Positions 33,165 to 46,130 of a stretch of DNA of 64,000 bases are shown one piece after another. The notes under the pieces are model-generated. The model was not told the DNA's origin and did not search any database. It was given only the letters and a program-made list of their open reading frames with translations. Positions within the stretch are counted from its first letter, which is position 1; each line of letters starts with the position of its first letter. The position numbers and the translations under genes were made by a program. This DNA is from Chrysomallon squamiferum (lineage: Eukaryota > Animalia > Mollusca), in NCBI GenBank assembly GCA_012295275.1, contig CM022671.1:1674001-1738000 (forward strand), in the 5' to 3' direction.

Positions 33165-33748
33165 TTCGATATTCAAATTCATTTATATTTATCTATATCC
33201 ATTCTTCCATCCATCTTTATCTGTTCTTCGGTGTATCGTTATCCAAAGATTACAGATTCGGAGACCTACTGTGACACTGAATACTTAGGAAATAAATTAG
33301 TGAAATGTAAAAGTTTTCATTAGCGTGTCACTGAAATAAAAACACAATTCGTATAATACTGTTCACAAATTACGTTTACTTTATTAGTTAATTAATTTAT
33401 TACTTTGATTTATTACTTTATTATTGGTGTTATATCGATCATAACAAACAAAATTAAATATTTTACAATTTTTAACATGATGTATAAAATAAATATTGAA
33501 ACGTGTGCACATAGAAATCTATATATTCAAACAATGAGCTTTGTGACTGTTTTTCAAAAGAAAGCATAAATAGTTTTCAGGTAACCACAACAAAGTGAAC
33601 GTCACCGTATATTCAGTTATAAATACAGTCAACACACAACACATCATCGATGGACATAAACTTAAGTCTTACAGTTTAAACTGTGGATTATTACAAAATA
33701 AACACAATGTAATAAAGAGTAAAGGTAATCGAGCATTTGTAATTTTAC

Positions 33749-33830
33749 CTGGATCATCTCCCAATCGATTATCTCTCTTTCAATCCTAGACGTCTCTAGG
33801 TCGGGGTCACCCAGCGTTAATCAGCGAGGT
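33749..33830 (-). pseudogene. Degenerate copy of FABP-C exon 3
   Basis: Aligns to 41246-41356 with a 21-nt deletion between CAGC microhomologies, other small indels and a mutated acceptor (AG->TG). Flank 33860-33950 matches 41385-41500. Confidence 0.8.
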
Positions 33831-33956
33831 CAACAAAAAAAAAAAAAAAAAAAAAAAACAGAAAGTTCAGACCATTCATTATCTTTCTGAACGTTTCTGA
33901 CATAGAACAAAGGGGATTGGTGCGCAATGTTTGATTTAGAAAAGAAAAGGAAATAT

Positions 33957-33987
<31 letters not shown>

Positions 33988-34085
33988 TATTTTAGTAAAA
34001 CAAAATTAGATCGATTAGTGAATAATTATTTTCACAACATCCTTGAGGTTTTTTGGGGGGTGGGTGTGAGTTTGTACCTTTTTAA

Positions 34086-34123
<38 letters not shown>

Positions 34124-34503
34124 TATATATTTTACTGATTTTTGCTACAAACACTTCAGTTTTATTTGTTAAATTTATCAGGGTACTTGTTATTATTATA
34201 GTTATTTTTTTAAACATTTATGGTATAATGATAATTAATAATAACAGCAACACTAATAATAAGAATAAAAACCAGCTTTTAAAACTGTTGATTATGCATA
34301 ATACACGGCTTGAACAATTCTTTGAAATGTCGAATTATTTCCGTGTAAAAATCTCAGAAAACAACGCAAGACTTTACGTCTGATATGTGTGTTTATTATT
34401 ATATGTGGAAGAGAACACAGAATCTGTTTAATGCCATTAGAAGAATGAGAAACCTTTACATCGTCACTGTCAGTTTGTCTTACATTCCACTCATATTTTA
34501 ATT

Positions 34504-34554
<51 letters not shown>

Positions 34555-35350
34555 AATATACAGAGACGCATACAAACACACTTACCTACATACATAAGTA
34601 CATCTAACAGTTTGTTATAAAAGCATCTAAAAGGATTGAAGTTGTTATATCTGTAATAAAGTTGCAGTTTTCTTCATTCAGCAAAATTATTAGAAATATT
34701 TCTAGATATTCGTGTTACAACACGATCTGTCATACTCGCCGAGAACTCGAAAAAAAATGGCCTATTTTTTATTTAAACGTTACCTGTGGCGATTCGAAAA
34801 ATGCCTAAGTACATTACATAAACTATCCATAACTGTTTGGGTTTTTTGTTGTAATTATTTTTATTTTTTTTTTTTTTTTTTTTTTTTTTGGCTTCAAGTT
34901 TATTCATTTTTATTGGTAATAAACTACAACAATAAAACAGCCTGTTCATGAGATGAATAGTATTTTTCAGTTATTTGTTGTCTTTTTCTCGTTGAGAAAA
35001 TGTATAAAAATTTGTAATATAAGAGTTTTAACAGGTTTCTTCTCTTTATTGATATTGGTTTTGTTTTTATTAACTTATTTGTTTCATTTTTGTTTGTTTA
35101 TTTGTTTTTATTGTTTTTTTTATATTATGTTTATTTATTTACAAAAATAGTTTACGATGAAGAGAAAACTTCAGCCTCCGTTGTCTCATGACAGTTATTT
35201 TATTGTTATACTTTATTATTAGCAAAGATTAATTATCTACAACAACAGCAGCAAAAAACAAAATATACGAAACATTAAACGGAAGAGATAAAAAATGCAT
35301 TTAAGCAATTTGAATGTATCACCAAAGATACACTTTAAAATCAGTGAGTA

Positions 35351-35407
35351 TCATTCAATCTTCTTGTACCATCGCGTTGAAACAACGTCACCGCATTTCA
35401 TAACCTG

Positions 35408-35439
<32 letters not shown>

Positions 35440-37387
35440 ATATCGAAATGTTCTTAAATTATTTAGTTGTTGTTATTATTATTTCATGCTATTTTATATT
35501 CTAATATTAATCATTACATTATTGATGAATAACGACAATTTATAATACTACTTCATGGACTATGACAACAACAAGGACAGCAATAATTGTAACAGAAAAC
35601 GACTGATAAATGAGACACACAGACAGAAAGACAGATCAACGTACATATGACGTATAGATCAAAGACAGATTATCTTGAGAAATAATATTTATATTTGCTT
35701 CTCACCAGAACCATTTCTCCGTTGACAACATCTCTCTCCAAGTGCTGAGGTTTGTAACCTGGGGTTTGTGGTTCTCGGTCAGTTTTCAGCTTCCCATCTT
35801 CATACACCGTCACTTCCTGGAATGAATTAAACTTGAATTTAAATACTGAATGGACAGAAATGTATGGACAGACAGACAGATGATGTGGATATTTCAGATG
35901 ATTACTAACTGAATCTTACTTTATATTTGATGTCTCGAGTTTCTGTCTCGTACGGTTCACCGAGTTTTAGGTTTTCTTCTCGAGCGATCAACAAACTTTT
36001 CGTAACGATTCGAATTATCTCCCCTTCTACGGAAATTAAAATATCCGGATTCGACGTAGTTGCCAATTTCCTCATAATCACGTTTGCACCTGGAAATTAA
36101 AGTAAATAAAATGCAATAACAAAATTTTATAAATATTAGTTCTTTATTTTAAACAGTTTTAAAATATACATGCATATTAATTATTGAAATAAAAAAATCT
36201 CTCTAAAATAATCGACACGTTATTTTATACAGCGAAATACATAAACAATAATACTGCCAGTAGTAATAGCAGTAGTAGTAGGATGAAACAATAGTTGTAG
36301 TTGTTGTAGTAGTAGTAGAAGAAGAAGTAATATAAAGATACCAAACAGATCATCGTAAACTGGGCGTATTCCGCGACGATCGAGATTTTTTATGTTGATT
36401 TTTGCAAACTGACGTCATTTGCCTTCCTGGTTTATTAAATAACTTTAAAAAAAAAAAAAGGAAAAAAATTAAAATTAGAGTTTATTTTATTATATCATAT
36501 TTTGAAACAATTAAATTAAAATAAAATAAAATAAAATAAAAACTGGAAAATACAAAATACAATCAAGAAAGTTACGCTTTACATCTGAACCAACTCACAG
36601 TGTGGAATTTTTATTACGCTTCAAAGCTAAAACAATTTCAACTACCCTGTCGTGCATTCCGTACGTTCATGTTGATACGCTTCAAGTAACATAAGCACAT
36701 GACTGAGTATCATTCTCAAACAGCTACATGATTACAGGAAATTAATGGATTTAAATTGCTTATTCGTTAGATATATCAAAGTTGTAAATGAAAAATATCG
36801 ACAAAGAAAATTTTTTAAATTCATAATTAAAATACATTAAACAATCCGCTTTATTGTAGCGGTCCATGTTCGATCCCGAACCTTACAGCACAGTGTTCTT
36901 CTAGAGAAATCAAGTTATTGATTATATTTAGTTATCAGTTGATATTTCCACAGGATGGGATAAGACATGTTCAAATTAGAACACTATCAGCTAGGTGAGT
37001 GATAAAACTGAAGTCAAGAGTCTGGCGTCTCAATCTTCAAAACTTGACTAACTTATTATTATATTTGTAAACTGAAATGACTTGAGAGCATGAGTTACAG
37101 ATTCACATACACAACTACAAATACACATATACACGTTCACATACATACCATACTCACACATACACACACACATACTTAGGTACATTCTTACATACATACG
37201 TGCAATTAAATACAGACACGCACAAAAACACTCACATCAAAATGCAATCACTATTCCCAAAATAGAATATTTAATTAACAAACTAGCATTACTACATACC
37301 AACTTCTTTTAAAAAGTCTTCAAAATTCTCGCTTTTAACCAACCGCCATCTCCCAGAAAACTTCTCTTTGATTTCCTCAAGCGCCAT
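35351..37387 (-). CDS. Fatty acid-binding protein (FABP-B2), 140 aa, recent duplicate of B1
   Basis: Exons 37387-37300, 36089-35920, 35816-35706, 35404-35351 (VMKCGDVVSTRWYKKIE*). Same exon sizes as B1 (88/170/111/54). Confidence 0.93.
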
Positions 37388-38831
37388 TGAGTTTCCAAAG
37401 TCTCCCGACTTAAGTTTAGGATCGTCGATGTATTATTGTTGTAGTCACTTCTGAACACACACAACTTGCATGTATCCGGTAAAATCCGTATTACACAACT
37501 CGAGTTTGAGATGTACGGTAAAAAATCTGTATTTTCAGCTGTTTCTTTGAAAAAAAAGCTGAGTTATTGAGGATCTTAAACTATTACTTGACACACACTT
37601 CTATCAGAAGATGTACGGTAAATTCTGGATCATTAACTGTTAGTTAACACACAGTGACCTCCTAGTTTTACGATAGATGCGCGACTTTCTCTGTTCCTGA
37701 AAAAAGCAACTCAAGTCTCAGTTGCAGTGGGAACATTCAACTGTCAAGCTAAGCATAAATGACAGCTGAATTCACAGTCAAACTGACTACGTGCTGTATA
37801 GCTGCTAAATAGTCATCTTCGGGTGATGACGTTCAAGGTTTACGGCCTACCAGTCTGTCAGCATCAATGCTAGTACAGTAGCACTGCCTGAGTCTCTTGT
37901 TAGGAACTCACTCTTGAGTTCAAACGCTCAGCTTACGATTAATATCGTACAAAAATAACTATTTAAATGTAACAGTTATTATGTCAGGGTGACTCGTCTG
38001 TCTGGTATTATTACCGTGAGGTTGGCTCGTCCCTTCTGAAAGGTAGCAGACTATAAAAGCGTCACGTGACAAGGTTTACTGATCTGAGACAGCTTAAACT
38101 AATAAATGACTAGTCTGTATCCATTAGAGAACAAGAATTGAGTAAGGGTAACTGTTTTATATTTTACATGAGTTACCCTTGATAACATATAATTTAATCA
38201 TACGATTCGAACGATACAATATAAAAGCAAATAGCGTTGACAGATAATACTAAACTAATTAAGCGCTAATAATGACCATTTGTCTTCAAGTCAATCCGCT
38301 CATATAAATGAAAGAATCTATGGACGTCTGCATTCAGATTTTCTGTAGTTACCCACCATTTTCTGACATAAATTAGATAAAAACTGTAAAAGTATGAATT
38401 TATAAACATGATGGTACACGATAGCTAAATAAATTTTACTGTAATATAATAATATACTTAATGTAAAATGTAGCAGTCATTCTGCTTTAAAAGGGCATAT
38501 AAAAAGAAATATTTTGTGAATACTATATAATTCACTAGATGGAAAACAAAATTACGATTAAAAACAAGTGTGGCAAAGAGGCACTAATGAGGTTCTGACA
38601 CACCATGTAAGTAGATATATTTTTTATACTTCTAGGTTTTTGGATTACCGAATTAAATTATACGCGTTTTAATCGCTTCAGTTTCTGCAATGGATATCAG
38701 ATTATATTCAAAGTTAATGTTTGCTGTATCTTACTTTTGAATGTTGACAGTTAAATATGTGGTACGTGATATCGGGTCAGAATACATACAAATAAGCACT
38801 TACACGCTAGTGCGCACGCGCACTCACACAA

Positions 38832-38864
<33 letters not shown>

Positions 38865-39184
38865 CACATACATACATACACACACACATACACATATATA
38901 AATGTCCTACTGACATAACAGTCGTATTTATTCTTTGTGTTATTTTGAAAGCAGCAGATTTTGTTTGTCATAATTTATGCTTAGATCCTGCAGTCTTTCA
39001 GTAAAGTTGTATTGATAACTGTAATTATGTTCAAGGTTTCACTTCAGCACAAACTGATTATTGATCTGTTAACTTTAATTATCATAACCTGTTAACTCGG
39101 GTAATGAACTGAATGATTTTCTTAACACAAAATGCTTTTAGTATGATGTTTGCGGGAAGTAAACAATTTCTCTCTTTTTTCTAC

Positions 39185-39270
<86 letters not shown>

Positions 39271-40235
39271 GGAAATAAAAACACAATTCGTATAATACTG
39301 TTCACAAATTACGTTTTCTTTATTAGTTAATTAATTTATTACTTTGATTTATTATTTTATTATTGGTGTTATATCGATCATAACAAACAAAACACAACAT
39401 TTTACAATTTTTAACATGATGTATAAAATAAACGTTGAAACGTCTGCATATAGAAATCTATATATTCAAACAATGAGCTTTGTAATTGTTTTTCATATGA
39501 AAGCATAAATATTTTTCAGGTAACCACAACAAAGTGAACGTCACCATATATTCAGTTATAAATACAATCAATACATAAACATCATCGATCGACATAAAGG
39601 TAAGTCTTGCAGTTTGCACTGTGGATTATTACAAAATAAACACAATCTAACAAAGAGTGAAGGTAATCGAGCATTTTAAAGGGTCTGTCAACATAAGGTT
39701 TTTTTCATCTTATTTGGTTTATATTAAATCCTTTCTATCTAAGCATTTCAATAACAAAATGTAATTTAAAAATAACGGAATTGTCAGAATTTAAATTAGT
39801 GAATAAAATAATTTTTAAAAATGTATAAAATAAATAAACTTTGGCTGAAGGGATATTAAATCACAAATTATTTTTCGCCTTGTCCGCTTTCGATATCTCT
39901 ACGAAAGTTTAATTTCGCTGTACTTGTTACATCATACTGCGTAGTTTTCCGAAAAATGGCGGAAAAGAAAGTAATCAACATCGACTAGGGGGGGGGGGAT
40001 CTTTTTTTCTGCTGTTGTACATATATAATTAATGCACGTAACAAAAGTACACACTGAATGCATTTTGACAATTAAATAAATTACGTATGATAGCTTTAAA
40101 TAAGACATACAGCATACGTTTTAGATATGAAACTTTAATAAATGAATGTAGGTCAAAATGGAAAGACCGAATGTTACTTTGAAGGTTCGAATATTACAAG
40201 TAATACAACAATAATATTATTTCGTTAGGGAGCTT

Positions 40236-40296
<61 letters not shown>

Positions 40297-40396
40297 TAAC
40301 GAAATAAAAATAATTAGTATTGTTGTTGTTGACGTTATTATTTTCATCGCTATTATTATTATTATTATTATTGCTTTGGACTTGATAATAACACTT

Positions 40397-40433
<37 letters not shown>

Positions 40434-40582
40434 CTACAACAAATACATTAAAACAAGTAATAATAAATAAATATAAATAAAAACCTAAAACAAAAGTAGT
40501 ATTTTTTATGAATATTAAAATGTTTTCTTCAAGCACGCCTCCCCTGGCTGCTGGTTGTTGAACTCCTCCGTGACAAACTCTC

Positions 40583-41750
40583 TCACTCCACTCGACAAAA
40601 CGTCCTCGTGCATTTCACGTCACCTACTGACATCGTCTGAAAAGAAAACGAGATTTTAAATTCTGCCAAGTCATGTCTGAATAATTCATTTGACGAAAAT
40701 CAAAGGAAAAGGTTTATAAATAGATCTTTGTTAATACAGTAAGCAATGTCCCTGCATGTACCTTAGCAAACACAAAACAAATAACTAATGGCGATATTCG
40801 TTTTTATTCTTTTTGTATTTATTTTATTTTTTATTTTATATAGTTATATAGATTTACTTATTTATTTATTCATTCATTCATTCATTCTATGTATATGTGT
40901 TTTTATATGAACATGCGATTTACTTACTGATAAAAATATGTATAAACTAAATAATATATATGATTAGTAGTAGTAATGTATGAAAAATAAAATTATTAAT
41001 TTAACTGTTATGAATTTATGCTTCATGTAATTTCCACTACGTGTATTATACTGTGAGTATGCGATTTATATTATTAATTTAAGTAAAATACAATTATTCA
41101 TCAATATCACGCTGAAGTTTTCCAGTATCTGCATTACATTGTAAGAGATGTGAGATACGTTTGTTATATTCGTTAAATACATACATTTCTATTATTATCG
41201 TGTTTAAAATCAACGTTAACAATTGTTAAGCAGAGTGATTTTTACCTGGACCAACTCCCCGTTGATTATCTCTCTTTCAATCTTCGACGTTTCTAGGTCA
41301 GGGTCCACTGGAACGCACGTCATAATCAGCTTTCCGCCCTCGTAGGACAGCGAGGTCTACAAAATACAAAAATAAAAATAAAGATCAGAAAGTTCAGGCC
41401 ATTCATTATCTTTGAAAACGTTTGTGACACAGAACAAAGGGGAATGCTAGGCAGGTGGTGAATGGCTTCAGTTTTTGATTTAGAAAAAAAGAAAAAGAAA
41501 TGTTTGGGAGGTAGTCTGCTGTATGAACTCTATGCACCTGTTTTTATTACTTTCTGCTTTAAACTGTAAACAAATTCAGTTATTGTTATACTGGAATGCG
41601 TTTAGAAAGGAAGGACGTCGTGTTGTAGGTTTATGACTCAAACACACGTTTATATTCCACGTATTTATTATTATTTAATAGACAGACGTTTATTTGTCGC
41701 TCGCTGTACAGACGAACAGATGTAGTAATTGTGTAGGAATAAGAGCTTTA

Positions 41751-41794
<44 letters not shown>

Positions 41795-42732
41795 GTCTTT
41801 TAATTGTTTTGTTGTTGTTGTTATTGTATTTGAAGTGTTTTATGTTCGTATTTATTTATTTTTTTTTTTTTTACATTTGTTGGATTTTCTTGGAGGGGAA
41901 GGGTATTTTTTTTTTTCTTTTTTTTTTTTATTTGTTCTGTTTTGTTGTGTTTGTTTCGGGTAGGGTGTCTTGCTGTAAGTGAAGATGATCAACATATAAG
42001 TATATGTCCAGGAGTAATTTAATTTTGGAGACATTACCATGTTAAAAAGTCTCAAATTTAATTTTTTTTTTTTTTCGGATCATAAACATAGACGCTCAGT
42101 ACAGGAAAAATATTGCTGTATGAAATACTGCTGTATGAAATATTGCTACACATGAAGATTTTAATTAACACACTTTTTCCTTTCTGCAGACTGTGTCCAA
42201 AATAACCTCTTCGTTCAGTTTGGCTTCAAAAGACAAAGTTTTAATTGGCGCCTTTGACAAAATCTTCACTTTGTCTCCCTCCACAGATATTTCTATATTC
42301 AAAGGCAATTTTGACGCCATTTTCCTTTTCACCAATCCTGTACCTAAATAATAATAATAATAATAATAAAAGCAGCAGCAGTAGTAGAAGTAGTAGTAAT
42401 AGTAGTAGTAATAATAGTAGTATAAGAAATGGCAGTAGCAGTAGTAGTTGTAGTAGCAGCATTAGCAGGAGAGGTAGTAGTGGTTTTTGTTATTGTTGTT
42501 GTCGTTGTTGTAATCTTCCTTTTACTATCTTTTGTTTTTGAGAGAAGGAAGAACTGCCACAGTTTGGTGTTATTTATTATTGGTTATTGTCACACATTTT
42601 CTAATATAAAAATAATATATATCCATCTAACCTACCTATCTATCTACCTATATATCTGTATATCTGTGTGTCTGTCTGTCTCGCTCTCTGTGTGTCTGTC
42701 TATCTCTGTTTATTGATATGCCTCTCCCATTA

Positions 42733-42778
<46 letters not shown>

Positions 42779-43793
42779 AGACACGTATAAACATAATGTA
42801 TGAAATGTAAACGTACGACGAAATCGACTCACAACAAGGTAACTCGTGGTGTTAAATTTGTGGGTCACTGAGTCTCGTTACTCACCCACTTACCTCAGAA
42901 ATGTCGATCAGTTAAAATTTCAAAACAGATATCATGGGAACCATATCCAGGAGTCCAGACTGTGTTAATTTCAGTGTGTTACAAGCTTAGTTAGAGAAAG
43001 GGGATAACTTAGTGTTTAAGTGCTCACTTTATAATAATAATAATAACGTTACTATTTCCTATTTTAATCAGTACCTCTGGGTAAAAATACAGTTTTAAAG
43101 AGATTAAAATATGCACACTAATGAAATTATATACAGAAGTTAAAATGTTTTAACCAGTCAATAACTCTTCAAAATTGATTATTGAGTATCATCAAGAACT
43201 TTTGAAATGTATATAGGTTAAAAACGTCCAAACCATTCCAAAGTTGTTTAAAATTTTACTGAGGTTATAAACCGTCTTCGCCAGAAAGTTTTCAGATTTG
43301 CATACAGATATTACGTACGTACACTTTCGTGTTTTAAAAATCACACAGAATACTCTGTGTAAGTTGCACGCAACGATTAAAATTAACCTAACCACTGATG
43401 GGTCTCCAAGCTGAATACAAAAGTTAAACTATATATGAGCTCATTATGTCTATGAATTGTGAAAAATAATCGGAGATGATAAAACTATAAACCAAAGCAT
43501 CCAAGGACTTTTCAGAAATTTAATATAAAGCTAAAATGTACTGATTCATCACCTTTAACGATTGGCCAAAATTAAAGTGTTTGTACCTAGCACTTACTCA
43601 TTCGCACTTGGCAGTATATCTGAACACACATACATAGTAAGATAAACAGTTTCCAATATAGCAGTTTCAGATTACAGAAAAAGGGTTAAAATATATCACA
43701 CATACCCATCGCCCTCAAGTACTCTTCAAAATTATCACTCCTGTCTAGCTTCCATTTTCCCCCAAATTTCTCCTGAATCTCCTGCACCGACAT
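40583..43793 (-). CDS. Fatty acid-binding protein (FABP-C), 140 aa
   Basis: Exons 43793-43706 (MSVQEIQEKFGGKWKLDRSDNFEEYLRAMG), 42343-42174, 41356-41246 (..YEGGKL..IEREIINGELVQ), 40636-40583 (TMSVGDVKCTRTFCRVE*). Confidence 0.93.
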
Positions 43794-43860
43794 CCTGAAA
43801 TACGAGACAGAACCCTCAAGATCAACTCAGTAGTGATCATCTCATGTGAAAGTTCTCATA

Positions 43861-43870
43861 TTTATATAAA
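43861..43870 (-). promoter_or_regulatory. Candidate TATA box of FABP-C
   Basis: TTTATATAAA about 70 nt upstream of the ATG at 43793; motif and position only. Confidence 0.4.
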
Positions 43871-44269
43871 CATCTACGATCGATATTTTCTATAGTTATA
43901 TTTTCACTGCGTCATTACTTACTAAATGTTTCTAAGAGTCCACGTGAATGTAAAAAAATAAATAAATAGATGAAATCTCTTCTGTACCGAGTCGTTGAAC
44001 CGTACACAGGTCACGGAGTTTCTCAGCTCGTGCAGTGGCTATCTAGGCCGATGTGTGTGCATTAACTTGAAATAACAAGTGCAAAAAAAAACTGTGCTGT
44101 GTGAAGTAAAATGGACTGCTCTCATCACCCATTCAACCATGAAGACGAGGTCGTGTTGTTCGTGTGATGTTCATAATTCAGCGAATATTTTTTTTTTTTT
44201 TTTTTTTTTTTTATCCTAAATGTCAGTCACAACTGTGGGAATGTGTCATAGTAAATCTAGGGGTGGCTG

Positions 44270-44924
44270 TCTGGCTTTGCGTAATGAATCGCTAAATCAT
44301 TATATACATAGACAGAGATGGCTGTAACGTTGTAAATTCGCTGATTCACATACTAACAATCAGAGAAGAGAGGTCGAGTTAAAAGGTTTAAAGTTTCTGC
44401 TGGCGATTTAAATCGGTTAACGCATTGTGAAGAAATCGGACTGAACAAAGTCTCTTGCGGCCTTGAACTGATTGAAGCTCAGAAAAATAAACTAGGTAAT
44501 CGTGACTGCACTCTGTGCTTCATCATTACTTATGTAATGAGGGCGAACGCCGATATATGTGAATGAACGCGTGTATGTATGTTTCTGTGTGTGTTTGTGT
44601 GAGTGTTTCTGTGTATGTTTGTGTGTTTGTGTTTTTCTGTGTGTGTTTGTGTGAGTGTTTCTGGCTTTGCGCAACGTTATTCGCTGAATCACTCTACAGT
44701 GATGACTGTAACGTTGTAAATTCGCTGATTCATAGAAAAACAATCGGAGAAAGGAGGTCGAACTGAATGGTTTCAACTTTCTGCTCTCGATCAACAATCG
44801 TTAATGTATTGTGAAGAAATCGAACTGATCAGTGTCTGTGTCCTTCAACTGTTTGAAGTTCAGAGAAATAAACAGCGTATCTACAGTGTAATGAGGGCCA
44901 TGAATATATGTAGCCTAATGTATG

Positions 44925-44940
<16 letters not shown>
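44270..44940 (+). repeat. Diverged ~390-bp tandem duplication upstream of FABP-C
   Basis: CTGGCTTTGCG..CTGTAACGTTGTAAATTCGCTGATTCA..TTGTGAAGAAATCG..CAGA(A/G)AAATAAAC at 44271 and 44661. Confidence 0.8.
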
Positions 44941-44960
<20 letters not shown>

Positions 44961-45591
44961 TATATATATGGATGTGTGAACGTATGTATGTTTATCTGCG
45001 TCTGTGTGTGCATACCTGTGTATAAACGTTTATATGTGAAATTGTCTATTTCTTTGGTGTCGATGAATGACTGTCCATATTTTAATTCTTTGTCTTAGTT
45101 TAAATATATTAAGTATTGAACTTATCTAATTACTTTATGTCATGAGTTTATAATTTTATTGTTGTTGTTGTTGTTGTGTGTGTGTGTTTCTGCGGAATTG
45201 AAAACATAGCTTGTAAACCTTAAAATTAAGACATTAATGATGACACACATATAAATAAATAAACAATATATTTTTAAAAAGCAGAAGAAGTATACATTTT
45301 TAAAAGAAAAATGAATCTTTGAATGTTCAGCAAAAATAGAATTTGAGTATTTTAAGATTAATATGTTTTCTTTTACTTTGTCTATTTAAATCTGTGTTGT
45401 CCGCTTTTCAAGATGCTGCTGATAATGACGATCCTGACGATAAGCAGATGAATCAAGTGAAGATAGGGAATTTTATAAATATTCGTTAATGTAAGATGAA
45501 CAACAGAGAAATAGATAAAAGTACGCAAGTACATGTATAAAGCTCATTACGATCAATTCACTGACGTGTGCACGCCTGTACATGAGCACAC

Positions 45592-45637
<46 letters not shown>

Positions 45638-45712
45638 CAAACACACACACACACACAAAACAAACATATAGCAAAATAACGTCATGAGAAAGCTTGAATC
45701 GCGAATCAGATT

Positions 45713-46039
45713 CTAAGAGTTTAACAAGTTGAGAATTAACGTTGTCAGACGCTCCTTATTCAGGACTGTGGTGACATGAATATTCGGTGTTTTATTCATT
45801 ATCCCGCTGTGATCTGTAACCATCTGACCCCGGGTCAAACGACCATGAAGCTCAACCTCGGCAAAAACGTCTTCTGTTTCCATGACGACCGCGCTGTCAA
45901 GGACAGTCGCCATTGCGAAAAGGTCGCACATTCTAAATCCCTCCTCCTGTTGACGACATCGCTGGATGATCTTCTGGTAAATCGCTTCTAGGAATCTGGA
46001 TTTAGCCGTGTTCAGTCGTATGAACTTGTCATACGTCTC
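45713..46039 (-). CDS. Nucleoside hydrolase alternative terminal exon 5b
   Basis: tttaag|GAG, phase 0; ETYDKFI..GFRMCDLFAMATV..ELHGRLTRGQMVTDHSG..LNLLNS*. Confidence 0.88.
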   Translation of the reverse strand, partial: ETYDKFIRLNTAKSRFLEAIYQKIIQRCRQQEEGFRMCDLFAMATVLDSAVVMETEDVFAEVELHGRLTRGQMVTDHSGIMNKTPNIHVTTVLNKERLTTLILNLLNS

Positions 46040-46061
46040 CTTAAAAAGTAACAATAATAAC

Positions 46062-46130
<69 letters not shown>

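Noticed and set aside
42880-42960. Strong minus-strand donor (GAG|GTAAGT) in FABP-C intron 1 as an alternative first exon
   Set aside because: Upstream ATGs hit a stop before the donor and there is no FABP-like peptide; unsupported without transcripts.
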